Notes under the pieces: model-generated
The model's database searches: none
Told to the model about the DNA's origin: nothing
Seen by the model: only the letters and a program-made list of their open reading frames with translations
Part shown: positions 40,463-53,778 of the stretch, in pieces
Layout: every line of letters starts with the position of its first letter
Numbering within the stretch: position 1 is the stretch's first letter
From: Eledone cirrhosa
Lineage: Eukaryota
DNA: 64,000 nucleotides
Reading direction: 5' to 3'
NCBI GenBank assembly: GCA_964016885.1
Contig: OZ024758.1
Location: forward strand, 22,320,001-22,384,000
Made by a program: the position numbers and the translations under genes

Positions 40463-41184
40463 AAATATGGAAATTTTATGCACAACTTTTCCAGTTTTGT
40501 TAGAAGTGTAGATGGCAACGTTCTGATATCGAAATGAAAAAAATATCTCAGCAAACGTTGCGCTGTTCTCGTCTCTCTGGATTAATGGAGCTTTGTTTAA
40601 TGCTTCGTTATTAAGGCCGGATTTAGACTTTAGGGTCCCGGGGCATTTCAGGTTTGGGGACCCCTCATACACAAAAAAATTAAAATATTCACCAACACCC
40701 CCAATTTTACATATCAAAGTTGGCTTGGCGCAAGTAAACGGAATTGAAAAGTTATACATACACGTATTAAATTAAAAAAAATCTAACCATCCTCATTTTA
40801 CGTCCATTTTCCCATACTGGCATGGGTTGGTCGGGTTGTCACAGTCCAATATCAAACATTTGATAAATTTTGTCACAGTAAGGATATTAAATATGAAGCG
40901 AGAATGTATATGAATATATATAAATATAAGAAAACTCACCTCTAGAACAACCGTTAAAACAGCTAATGTTGTCAAAGACAACGATGGGCAAGAATGCATT
41001 GGAGGACAGAGACCAGCGGCGAGTGGTCAACAGAGGGAGAGACAATCCACAAGGTGAGCGACAGGCAGACGATATGTAGAAGAGATTGATTGAAAGAGCA
41101 GAGGACAAGAAGTGGGCTGTCGTATAGAAGTGACTGGAAGAAGGAAATAAAGACAGGCGATGTACAAGACAAATTTACACACAG

Positions 41185-41480
41185 TGGAGGCACTCCGTCG
41201 ATTACGACGACGAGTGTTCCAGTTGATCCGATCAATGGAACAGCCTGCTCATGAAATTAATGTGCAAGTGTCTGAGCATTCCACAGACACGCGTACCCTT
41301 TGCATAGTTCTTAGGGAGATTCGGTGTGATACGGTGTGTGACAAGGCTGGTCCTTCGAATTACAGGTAAAACTCATTTTTGCCAGCTGAGAGGACTGGAG
41401 GAACGTGAAATAAAGTGTCTTGCTCAAGGACACAACACGACCTTACGATTGTGAGCTGAATACCCTAAGCTAAGCCACAT
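41185..41480 (-). mobile_element. tRNA-headed SINE sharing the ccttgagcaagacacttta domain
   Basis: Head similar to family A with a different body; degenerate relative at about 16335-16660(+). Confidence 0.65.
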
Positions 41481-43062
41481 CGGTAATCAACATACTTCTT
41501 TTTCGCCCGCTTATTCCTGAGAGGGTCGTGGGGGAAGTGTCCTCAAACACTCCCTCTAGTGGGTCCTGTCAGAAGCAACCATCTTCAACTGATCCGGCTG
41601 AATCCCCAAGCACGACCAGCCAAAGTCATGGATGTTATCCAAGAATCTTGATCGGGGTTTCCTCCTGAGTCTCCTACCTATTAGTTTTACCCGTACTCAA
41701 CATACAGATTTCAAAATATATTACATTAAAATCAAAAGGATTAAAAACATCCAGTTGGTGTACGTAGCTTTCTGGTGTTGATTTCGAATTAGTATTTTAT
41801 TATCCATGCTCGAAACGATAATTATGAAGTCAGACGGATTTTAGAACAACTAAATAAAACGGTGTACAGGTGGCATTTCGAAAATTCTGGGAAATTCATT
41901 TTCCTCAACTATTTTCATTATTAAATAGCATTTATAAAAGAGGTCTGTTTCCAAAAGTAAAATAAAACCCTTTGTTCTTAATTTCTAATATCAACTAAAA
42001 CCATTAATCACTGAACGTTGGAAATAATCACGATCAAATTTAATGATCAAAACAGAATACTTAAATAAACGCAGTTTAATTAATTTGTTCTCATTCGTTT
42101 GTTTTATTTTCCTTGATTGAAAAAAAATCTCATCGTTTTTAAACCATCTATACTGTTCAAGTTTGTGAGAAAAAAGATCAAATGATGGTATTTTGGTTAC
42201 AAAAACAGCAAAATATAAACAGTGTACAACGTGTAGTGACCTACATTCCGCGGGCTCACATACATTCTCTGTGCGTGATTTGGCTCAGTTCAGCCAATCA
42301 GCGCCAGTAGAAGAGGATGTATCCCTACGCGCCCTGAGGAATAAATTCCCCGCGAAGATTTGAAGAATCTCTCTCTTGTACCAGAAACTTCGAACCAGCA
42401 ACACGCACAATGTAACGGTGAGATTTTGCACCCCTAGCCTCGCCGGCTTTCCGGCGCAATGGCACATTCCCTTTTGTAACCTCTTTTTATATGTAACTTC
42501 AACCATATAAGTTAACAAACATTGTTTGTGCTACATCAAAAATAAACATACATTTCATCTCTAATTTCTGCTGTTGAAATCCTTATTATGTTACTCGTGT
42601 CTCAATAACATCTATAATCCATGCTGCTGGAATTGGCGACCTAACGAAAGGAATATTGTAAATACAAAGATGGTAAATAGATCGAGGGACCTTCCCTCAC
42701 GTCTATGTCGACAAGACAATCCAACGGGGATACTATCATTTTACCACACTGTGACCACTGGCCACAGCTACGCTGGATACTGCCACACTAACGACCTTCA
42801 TTTCTCTACCCTGCTAAAAACGCGCAAGCTCTTAACTCTTCCTAACTGGTCTCTTGACCTAAAAACTTGATTCAACTTCACCAAATTCTCATATCCGTTA
42901 CTCCTCAATCTAGACTAGATAGCGCTTCTAAGTAGTAAGTCCATCTGCTATAAATAACTAACCAAACCACACCTTACGTTCTTTTTTAAGGGTTCCGTTG
43001 GATAATGTGGTCATGAGATTCCTACGAATAGGATAAAGAGGGAATGGTTATTATAAGAATGC

Positions 43063-43131
43063 TTTGATCATAGGTTTGCTTGATGAAGGTTAACCTAAAG
43101 TTAGCTTTCATCAAGCAAATCTATGATCAAA
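43063..43131 (+). repeat. 69-nt hairpin (32-bp stem, 5-nt loop)
   Basis: Fully paired on the + strand with 3 G-U wobbles. Confidence 0.85.
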
Positions 43132-43853
43132 TTAAATTTGTAATAACTTTTAAGACATTCAAATCTAACAGGGTGATTTCATTGATCTCAGTCCTCATTG
43201 ATCTCTAACTTCAGTGCCTTTTATTTGAGTACCGAAGCACTTTTTACAGTGTACTTAAATCATGATGCGCAAATGCTTAACAATATGTTCCAATGTGGCA
43301 CTAGACAAACTTCCATTCCTACTTTCCACGTCTCAAAGATGGTGGAGTTGATCCGTTAAATTAGTGATCAGCAACAAGTGAGCCATTGAGATGATCTGTC
43401 AGTCCTCGGATCCAGCGACGTGCAGAGCTCTGGTGATACCCGGGGCAAATCTTGATAGTATGCCCCAAACACTCAAGTATAAGGCCTAATATACTGAGAA
43501 ATATTATGAGAAAGGAAAACATTTTGAATATTTAAACACGGATGAAACATGAAATAAACGTTTTATTCGATTTTAAAATAAATCAATCAAATTTATTAAG
43601 TTCTTTTCTCCAAATGATATCCCCATCCAAAGGATGCCCGGGGCCAACGCATCCTCACCCCACTCTGCACGCTACTGATTGGATCATTTCAACGTTTTAT
43701 ATGTAAAATATTTCATTATATACACGTGAGCCATTGAGGTAACCCCTGTTGTCCTCGGGTCACTTCAAAGTTTTATATGTAAGATATGATATAATATACA
43801 CAGTTACTATGGTGATATCACACAGCCCCTCTCTCAACATTTCGTGTGTAGGG

Positions 43854-43884
<31 letters not shown>

Positions 43885-44589
43885 GGTTTACGAACATTTC
43901 GGATGACGAACGGCCTTCAGGAACAAATTAAATTCGTGCACCGAGGTTCAACTGTACAAGCTATATCAAAGCTAACTTCTTCAAATAACCCACATCAATC
44001 TGAATTGAACATTATCTGCGCTACTTCTCTTAGTTAACTTCCGTTACTTATCCTCCAGTTTTTGGAGGCGTTAATAATATGGATATGTGTTGTTCCTTTT
44101 TACTCTGACTAACGTATAAATAAATAAATAAAACGAAGCTTTCTCTCGAGTATCAGTTACGTTTGGTGTGGCATTTCACTACCTATCTGTCTAAATACAA
44201 ATTCTTTACTACTGACATAAGCAAATGTCCACCAAAGAATATTATCGAAGTTTTGTTCTTTTAGTCAAAACGTTATGGCATAAATCCAATTTTTCTGTCT
44301 AAGCTTGTGGGATTTCCTGGCGTTTTTATTTCGTATCCTACTATATATTTGGGATTGACTCCAAAAGAAAAAAAACCACAACAACAACACAGAAAGAAAA
44401 GACTTAGACTAACAAATTATAAGTAGTCTTCGTTGTTTTCATGCTTCCAAAATACCATTCTACGAAGGTTATTGACACTATAAATAAAACGCCATTCAAA
44501 CCTCTAGTTTCTCTAATAATGACATTACCATCCAACCTTCTATATCTTCCTACTTCTGCTTTCGGCTTTTAGATTATTGTCTTCTTTTT

Positions 44590-44761
44590 CAGTGCCGGAT
44601 TTAGGACAAATGAGGCCCTGTGCTAGTTAAGTTATGAAGCTCCCCCTTACTTAGGTCCCGAAAAAAGTTAAAAAATTTTTGGCAGGAAGATGGGCTCCCA
44701 TCTCTGGCCAACGGGACCCTGTGCTTAAGAACACCTAATGACAATGGTAAATCCGGCACTA
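44590..44761. mobile_element. hAT-like MITE (CAGTGCCGGATTTA TIR)
   Basis: TIR pair; further copies at 45136-45275 and 50496-50687. Confidence 0.75.
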
Positions 44762-44796
44762 GCGATTCTTTGCTTAAACTTTAATCTGTTATTTTA

Positions 44797-44877
<81 letters not shown>

Positions 44878-44961
44878 AAACGAAAACAGAAATAACAACA
44901 TAATCGGTACAGTATATGGAAGGAATATATTAGGTTAACGGTTGAAGTAGCAGGAAGAGGG

Positions 44962-44997
44962 TCTTACCGTTTCGGACACTAGTCCTTCATCAGAAGA
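44962..44997 (-). ncRNA. Minimal type I hammerhead, family C
   Basis: UCUU-CUGAUGA-A-GGAC-UAGU-GUCC-GAAA-CG-GU-AAGA within element 44876-45100. Confidence 0.6.
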
Positions 44998-47533
44998 AAG
45001 AATGAGAAATTAGAAAGATTGAAGGGACGGGCGGGGTGGAATTGGAAAAAATGTTTTTCGAGAAAAAAAAACAGGTCCATTCATGTTGACATCTCTTGGA
45101 TATCTATATATCTATATCTTTATATATATATATATAGTACCGGATTTAGGACAAATGAGGCCCCCAACTTGGGACCTAAAGGAGGTAAACGTTTTGGGGG
45201 GCAGGAAGATGCCATCCCCCGGCCAACGAGGTCCTGTGCTTAAGCACACCTAAGAACAACCGTAAATCCAGTACTGTTCTTCTATAATTCCATTCACATC
45301 TGAGTAATATTATAAGAATCGACCCCAGTACACTGCTGGTATTTTTACTTTATTTACTCTCCAGAAGGAAGAAAGGCAAAGTTGACCTCGGTCGGATTTG
45401 AACTCAGAGCGCAGAGAATCGGAAAGAATATCTGACGGTCTAATGCCTCTACCAATTCGTCGCCTCAATAAAACTCTTCAATGTATGTATGGACCAGTAA
45501 CTCCTGAGGGAATCGTAGAAGAGTTATATTAACATATGGTGTCTCTAGGACATTTTAAAACCTGGTGGAGTCCATCGCCTCTCCAGGTCTGAATACAGCA
45601 AATTTCTTCCAGAGTAGGATAGAGAGAGTGAGAGAATGGAAGTGAGAAATATGTATAGAGGAAGAATCGAACCCAGTACAAGACTGGTACTTTTTTTATC
45701 GACCTCAAAATGATGAAAGACATAGTTGACCTCGGCGGGATTTGAACTCAGCGAACAGAGAGCCAGAACGAAGCATTCTATTTGACGTTCTTACCACTTC
45801 GTCGCCATATTAATCACAATATATGAAAATCAGGGTGGAGAGAGAGGCACTGCACCCCAGTAAATTTACTGAAAGGTGGGTGAATGAAGCGAAAATGGCC
45901 CGAGTGATTGGGCCTTCTCTGTTTATAAGCCTGTAGGTTGAGGAAGAGAGCAAAAGGAAGAAAGGAGCACTTGCACAACACGCTCCTTGAGTTGAGGGTT
46001 GTTCTATCGACGGGGTATTAAACAACCCATTTGTGGCGCCTCCCCCCTATTGGGGATTTCGATTGTTGAAATTGTTTGTTTTTATATTTTTTACACGACT
46101 GTATGTAAAATCCCCGGCATGTCTTTGTATTGTCCCCTTTCTTGTTGCGCCCTTGTGGCTAATAAAGAAATCAATATATGAATGTATGGTCCCGTAACTC
46201 CTGATAGAGTTTTAGGGGCGCCGTATTGACATACGAAGTTTCTTGGGCATTTTTAAGCCTGGCGGAGCCCATCCCTCTCCAGGCCTGAGTACAGCAGATT
46301 TCTTCCAAAGAAGGATAGAAAGTGAGAGAGGAGAAACGAGAAGGAGATATAGAGGAAGAATCGATCCCAGTACTAGACTGGTACGTTTTTATCGACTTCG
46401 AATGGATGAAAAGCAAAGTTAACCTCGGCGGTATTTGAAACGAGAGAGCAGTGAGCCGGAACGAATATCATAAAGCATTCTATCAGATGTTCTAACGACT
46501 CCGACAATTCGCCGCCATGTTAATCACAATACAAACTCACAAATCTTAAAGTCATTGAACTTGCTAATGATCAGAAGTTATGATAGTATATTTGTAATCC
46601 ACAAAATTATAGTTTGATTTTGTCAATAGCTGAGTTTACCTTCATATCAACTGGCGCCATCAGCACTCTAGGTCGTCATTTTCTTGAATAATTATTGGTA
46701 CGCCTACTTCCATGGCAACAGAAACAAACAGCGGTAGGATACGTCACCAATGTTTGTACCAATCAACTTGCTGTATCATTTCGTTCATCAGCTAACTGAA
46801 ACAAAATTTATTTACATAAATATTTCGTGCAATAAACAGGATAAAAGAAAAATTAATGAAAAAAAATGGGAAAAGGAAATGAGGTAGGAGCAGACTCTAC
46901 ACCCCTGTCTAGGTTAGGTGGTATATCTCAACTGCAGTCCATAGATAAGATTACAAAAGTATTGCAGCAGCAGCAGCAGGGAACAGCCAGCGATACCCGC
47001 TGCAACAGCCATTCCACATCATCGGATTCGTTCCTCAGGCGGGATTAACTTCTCTTAACCATCGACGCAAACCGATGCTATATTAATGAACGCCGCTAGT
47101 CGCTGTCAGTATACTTACCGGTATTGTTTACAGAGGTTGTCAAACATGCAGATCAACCGAGAGTCGGCCTAGCCCTCAGTAGTGGCTCTGTTGTTAGTCG
47201 CAGGTGACCAGTTATGAGGTACAATGAGGTGGGGTGGCTGTTACAGCGGATGTTGCTGACCATTGTCCGCGGGGCACAGCCAAAACACCGCTCTCCACCC
47301 CCAATAATTATATTTTTCTCCCCAAACTACCAAAACACATCTATTTGTATATGGGTCACGGGTAGTCTAGTAATATATATATAGAGAGAAAGGGTTATAA
47401 TATATAGAAAGAGAGAGGGTTATATATATATATATATATATAATGGAAAAAATTTGAACAGGGACAAAACAGAGAGGCAGTACAACAAATGTTTATTAAT
47501 TTCACGCTCTGGAGAGTGGGGTGTTGGTGGGGG

Positions 47534-47565
47534 ACGACGTTTCGGGCATAAGCCCTTCCTCGGGT
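47534..47565 (-). ncRNA. Minimal hammerhead, family E (CCGAGGA core variant)
   Basis: AC-CCGAGGA-A-GGGC-UUAU-GCCC-GAAA-CG-UC/GU; downstream AATAAA at 47497-47492; element flanked by (TA)n. Confidence 0.55.
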
Positions 47566-48681
47566 GGGAAGTGTGTGGGAACAGAGTTCAAAGGGTGTGT
47601 AGGGGAGTGGTGGAGAGACATATAGCGAAAGGAAACGGTGCGATATATATATAGGGTTATAATGTATAAAAAGATCTGTATGTGGATCGACCTGACTCTG
47701 GACTCGCAGGTTCCTCGGTCACGTCTATTGATTTCAGAGCATATCCTCTTTCTAGCATAGATTGCTCAACCGGCATACCGCCTATGGAAGCATCTTAGCT
47801 ACCATTAGACATATATATATATATATATATATATTAAAAAAAAACATGAGCTATGATGTCTTATTCTTCTTCTCCAACCGAAGTGTCATGGAACATTGAC
47901 GCATCATCATCAAGAGATAAATCAAGGTTGTCAAATTTTCAGCAGTAGGCATCAGTAGTTTTGGGTCATTGATAAAACCATCTAGGAACACTACAGATTA
48001 AAATATATGGTTATAGATTGTTTTCATAAAAAATAGAAGGAAAAAAAAAAAGATAGGAAAATATTGGTTTAGGAATAAGCTTTGTATTGATTTGAGTCTA
48101 AATGTTTCTTTCTCTTATAATTCTTTGAAAGGACTTCTGCTCACGCTATTCAAATTGTAACAATAATTTATACGGTATAATGCTTCTACTCGAGTGTACA
48201 CAAACCTTCTGGATTAATCATTGATTGGTTTTTGTTGTTGCTTAATCATCTATAGAGTTAAGAGACATTGTCAGGTGGCTGGCTAGAAGAAAGACTGAAA
48301 TAGGCTTTTCGTGTTTACTCGAAGCTGACTGGTCGAATTGGCTTAGGTGGAGGATGGTTGTGAGGTGTAGTGAATGATATTTAGCAACAACAACAACAAC
48401 AACAGCAGCAGTAGTAGCTCTCATTTTCTTTAATTCATTTATGTAGCTTATCTTTTGTGGCTATTTATTTGATCTGTGAGAATAACAATTACAAGAAGAT
48501 TTGAGAGTTTGTATTGTGATTAACATGGCGGCGAATTGTCTGAGTCGTGAGAACGTCGGATAGAATGCTTTGTGGTATTCATTCCGGCTCTCTGAGTTCA
48601 AATCCCGCCAAGGTCAACTTTGCCTTTCATCCATTCAAGGTCGATGACAAAATTACCAGTCAAGTACTGGGGTGGATTCTT

Positions 48682-48734
<53 letters not shown>

Positions 48735-48875
48735 TTCTCTCTCCTTCTCTGGAAGAAATCTGCTGTATTCAGATGTGGAGAAGAGATGGGCTCCACTAGG
48801 TTTTTTAAGAAATGGCCCTCGATACGCCGTATGCCAATGCAGCCCCCCCCCCAACGACTCCTCCAGGAGTTACTG

Positions 48876-48907
<32 letters not shown>

Positions 48908-48944
48908 GGGATAGAGAGAGAGAAGGAGAGAGAGGAAGAGATAG

Positions 48945-49235
48945 AGAGGCACGTGGCCTAGTGGTAAGGTTGTTGGGCTTACGATCATAATGTTGTGGGT
49001 TCGATTCCTGGGTTGCATGTTGTGTTCTTGAGCAAAACACTTCATTTCACGTTGCTCCAGTATACTCAGCTGAAAATGAGTACCAGCAATAGCCGGGGAT
49101 GTAACCCTGCGATGGACTGGCGTCCTGTCAAGGAAAGTGGGGTGAAATAGGGGGGTCTTGTACTCTCAGTTGTTTCACGCCATGAAACTGGGATAAGCAC
49201 CGGCCAAATAAGCCTTCTGGCTTAAGACAGACTTA
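48945..49235 (+). mobile_element. SINE family D monomer
   Basis: Same head and a single 3' unit as 38502-39607. Confidence 0.85.
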
Positions 49236-49257
49236 TATATACGTATGTGTGTGTGTG

Positions 49258-49298
<41 letters not shown>

Positions 49299-50008
49299 GA
49301 ATGTCTGTCTGTATGTATGTATGCAGACGATAAGCGCAAACTGGTCATACGGGCATTTGGACAGAATTAACAATAACAAAAAATGAAAAAAATGTTTAAA
49401 AATAAAAGGAAAAAAATTATAAAATCCTATTAATGTTTGTATAGTAAAAAAAAAAAACGAGGGGGAAAAAAATTAACTGACGAAAGTAAGTGAGGAGGGG
49501 GGGGGGGGGTTGAAAGCGACGGGGGCTCGTCTTAGATACGCCTAACGGCATTTCCATATCTAGCTTTACCACTTTATTTTTCCTTCCTGACATTTCTCAA
49601 ATATATATATATATATATATAAGAATTTATTTACTTTCTATAACTGTGGTTTCTTTCCGAATTCCTTCGGAAAACCATCATTAATCACACACACACATAT
49701 AAGTTTTAATATCTATATATATATATATAGGTTTTTTTTTCAAAATGCCCCACACGGGTAAAACTATAAAGAAAAGAAATTGAAAATTCAACTGGAGTCT
49801 TTGAAGAATATTTTTAATTATAGTTTTACCCGTGAGGGGCATTTTGAAAAAACCTATGTATATATATTAAAACTTTTATACTCTGCTATGTATTGAGTAC
49901 CTTACTTGCTGTGGTTACCTCCGATTCAACCTGGAATAACATATATATATATATATATATACCTTCCATATATTGTACCGATTGTGTTGTTATTTCTGTT
50001 TACCTTTT

Positions 50009-50041
<33 letters not shown>

Positions 50042-52030
50042 CTCCAAATATTTGTCGAGTGCTTTTATATCAGTTATAAATATTTACTAGTTGTAACCCA
50101 ACAATTTTAAATATAACTTTCCATATATTATGCTTATTTTTTGTTTATAGAATCAATTTTATAAGTAAAATATATCCGAGAGTAAAAATACTTCTCACTT
50201 GTTTCCTCTGGAATGCAGGGAACGATTGGTTGGGTAGCTGGAATTATCGTTGAGATCAATAGTAAACAATGTTGACGAATGCACTCTCATACACTTGCTT
50301 ATGGCTGTCCATTGAATTCGATAATAGCAATCATTTCCTTTATTCATCGATCATTTGACGACTGTATGTTCCAATTTTTGATGTACAACATCGATTGCAG
50401 ACGAGGCCATGTAAATATTTAGGCTAGAGGAGTCAAGTATATAATTCTTTTCTCGTTTCTGCTGGTAGTATTGAGTGACCTTCTTCTCCTCCGTATAGTG
50501 CCGGATTTAGGACAAATGAGGCCCTGTGCTAGTTAAGTTATGAGGCCCGGAAGAAGGAAAACAAATTTGGGGGGGGGGGGGGGGGGGGGGCTGGAAGATG
50601 CCCCCCCCCCCCCCCCCCCCCCCCCTTCCCCGGCCAACGGGGCCCTGTCCTTAAGCGCACCTAAGCATAATGGTAAATCCGGCACTGCCTCTATATCTTC
50701 AATCTCTCTCCGACAGTGAAACAAAGTGAGAGTCAAGATAAAAAGCACAATACCACAATGAGAATTCCAACACCAAAAACAGGCGCCAAGCAACAATGTA
50801 TGCTAGCTACTGTATTGTTTGATGCAGAATTTCCCAAATCTTTTCAAACACAGAAACCTTTTTGGTTCAGAAACTTTTGGGGAGAACCCCAAAGTCTAAT
50901 ACTGCTATATGGTCATAATAGAAATACCGTATTTCCCGGTGCCGAAGACGTTTTGTCCTCGAGAACGCACCCAAATTTTGACAACCAAAAATTTGAAAAA
51001 AAATAATAAACAACCTTCGGCCTCCAGGACACACGGTAGATTTTTGAGACTTATTTTAGGGAAAAAGTAGCGTATTCGACGCTGGGAAATAGGGTATATT
51101 TCTCTACTTTTTTTTCACGGAACGCTTAGGCTCTGTGAAACCCACTTTGGGAACCACTGACCTACACCAATCACGTTAAAATACTGCACTCCGTGAAACC
51201 AGGTCACACTGAGTGCAGCAATATCTACTCTATAGATATTGAGAGTTGTTAAATGCCTGGGCAGGTTTATGAAGCTGTCGAAACCAAGGAGTGTCTAAAT
51301 AATCAAAGCTTTAAGCCTGCCTGGTATATTATGTTTATGGTTTTTACGGCCGCTACTTGGAGTGTCTTGACAGGCGTGGTTTCCTGTGCAGGAATTGAAC
51401 TGAGTGGGTGTCTTTTAATCTGCCTTCGTTGGCTATTTCCTATTTGTAGTGAACAGCGAGGCCATTAAGTATAGCTAATAAGTCCTGCAATTATACAGAA
51501 ATGTGTATAGACAGATAGATTGAATAGTAGGTTGATAAACAGATAGGACAATAACCTTCGGCTAATTTCTTGAAAGAATGATTAGAACATCTGACTGATA
51601 AAATGACAAGTCAGTCAATCATATAGGTGGCATCCCCACAGCCCCGGCGGACAGAATGGAGAAGGCGTTTCCCCGGTGGACGGCAAGGGAGACGCGCTGG
51701 AAACGCCATTCCATCTCGCGATGCTCACACCTGCGGCTGGCCAGCTCAGCGCCTATGCTGGTAGGAGAAACTCCCACTCAAAGTCAACTGTCAACGATTG
51801 TTGCCCAGTCTTACTAACGGGTTGAGTTATCACAAGAAGCTTCCAACATATTCAAACCTGCTCTGGTCGCCAGACTTTCGATCACCGTCAGATCACTCGC
51901 CCTTCATATCACTGGCCCTGTACTTAAATTATAAACATGATTAACCCTTTAAACATTTAAACATTTTAACGTTCAAACTGGCCATAACCAGCTGCCCATA
52001 CTGATGTTAGCGTATTGTTCTCAAAATAAA

Positions 52031-52860
52031 TTATTGTTTCTACTTTTGGCACAAGGTCAGCAATTACCCAGTGCATTACTGGTACTTTATTTTATCGACC
52101 CCGTAAAGATGAAAGGCAAAGTTAACCTCGGCAGGATTTGAACTCAGAACGTAAAGGGACGTAACTCTCTGCCGCGAAGCATGGTGTCCGACCCTCTACC
52201 GATACTGCTAAACCATCCCCCCTTTGTAAATAATAGTTTCTACTTTTGGAACAAGGCCAGCAATCACCCCAGAACATTACTGATACTTTATTTTACCAAC
52301 CCCGTAAGGATGGAAGGTAAAAGCTAACCACGGCGGGATTTGAGTTCAGAATGCAAAGGGCCGTAACCCTATGCTGCAAAGCATGGTGTCCGACCCTCTA
52401 CCGATACTACCAATTCACCGCCCTAGTCCGAGGGAAATTAGAGGTAGTCAAACATCAGTTAACACCGTTCGGAAATTTGAATAAGTTTGTATGCTGTAAA
52501 AGAGGTTTAAATTCTAATGTTTTGATTAAGATCGTTCTCGAAAAAAGCCCCACAAAACCTTGAAAAGTAAAATGTAGCTGTTACTAAATATTTCAGCATA
52601 GAAAATCGCATATTTCGCGCATAGTATTAACAACAATAAATATAAACAGCTTCCATTAATATTTTGCAAACCAAGGGAAATAACTCTTTTCAGTAGAGGG
52701 TCGGACGCCATGCTTTGCAGCCTAGAGTTATAGCCCTTGCCATTTAGAGTTCAAATCCTGCCGAGGTTAACTTTGCCCTTCATCCTTACGGGGTCGATAA
52801 AATAAAGTACAAGTAATACACTGGGTAATTGATGGCCTGGTGCCAAAAGTAGAAACAATT
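52031..52860. mobile_element. Three family B SINEs (two minus in tandem, one plus)
   Basis: 52031-52220-, 52232-52422-, 52692-52860+. Confidence 0.8.
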
Positions 52861-53508
52861 AATATTTTGCAAACCAAGGGAAATAACTCTTTTACTTGCT
52901 AGCAGAATTGTTGTCCGTTATTTTTCGAGTGCGTATGTAATAGCTTCAGATATTACATGTAACTAGATTTTGCGAGGTATTGCATTCACTCGACACTATA
53001 TCAACATTGCTGCTTTATTCGCGTTCCAGCCAAGGGGCTGAGACCATGCTGGGGCACCGTGTTGTTTTTTTTTATTTACCGATATTTATCTTAAATATTT
53101 TTATTTGAAAAATGATTATTTTCTCAATCCCCACTGCCCTATCAGGAAGAAGATTTTCTCCTATTACCACTTCAAACAACTGGTCTATTTTATTACCTTC
53201 AAAACTTCCATGCTTCCTGAGATTCGCCAACACTACACCTGATATCCCCCCTCCATACACACGCACACATGTATTTCATCACTTGTACACTGTTCATTTT
53301 CCCGACATTTGTACATTATTCTATGTACTATACATGCACCTTTGATGAGTTGTAGTGCACCTGAGTACTGTAGACAATAATTTTATTATTATTATCATTA
53401 TTATTATTACCTCAGTATACATTCGAGGGTCGACTGAAAAGTTCATAGGTTGACCAAAATACTTTCATGGAATGACCAAATGAGGTTTATTTTTTCAACA
53501 CAGGCCTC

Positions 53509-53778
53509 ATCCAGGACCCCACATCTAAACCAGCTGGCTTTGACCTTTCCAGAAAGCAATGAGTGTCCTTTAATCGGTTCCTCACAGCACATGCCAGGGC
53601 AGCCCATCATCTCCTTTGATGGAAAATGAAAGACAGCCCAGGATGTGAGTGTGGGAATCCTGACCAGTCAGTACTACATATTGTTCATGATTGCATCCTT
53701 CCTGGCTGCCTAGAGGCCATCTATAATACTGCAAATGACACCTTGGTTTGACTTGCTGGTCCCAATCTGCCTCTCTAG
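53509..53778 (+). mobile_element. Non-LTR retrotransposon 3' fragment with CCHC knuckle (Ingi/Vingi-like)
   Basis: GFDLSRKQ*VSFNRFLT..W.MKDSPGCECG..DQSVLHIVHDC with stops. Confidence 0.65.

Noticed and set aside
42240-46760. Promoter motifs (CCAAT at about 42294; X-box half site CCATGGCAAC at about 46710)
   Set aside because: Isolated short motifs with no linked gene
53342-53365. TGATGA...CTGA as a C/D snoRNA or hammerhead
   Set aside because: Too short, with no terminal stem or GAAA/stem III; lies in a LINE-like 3' end before an (ATT)n tail
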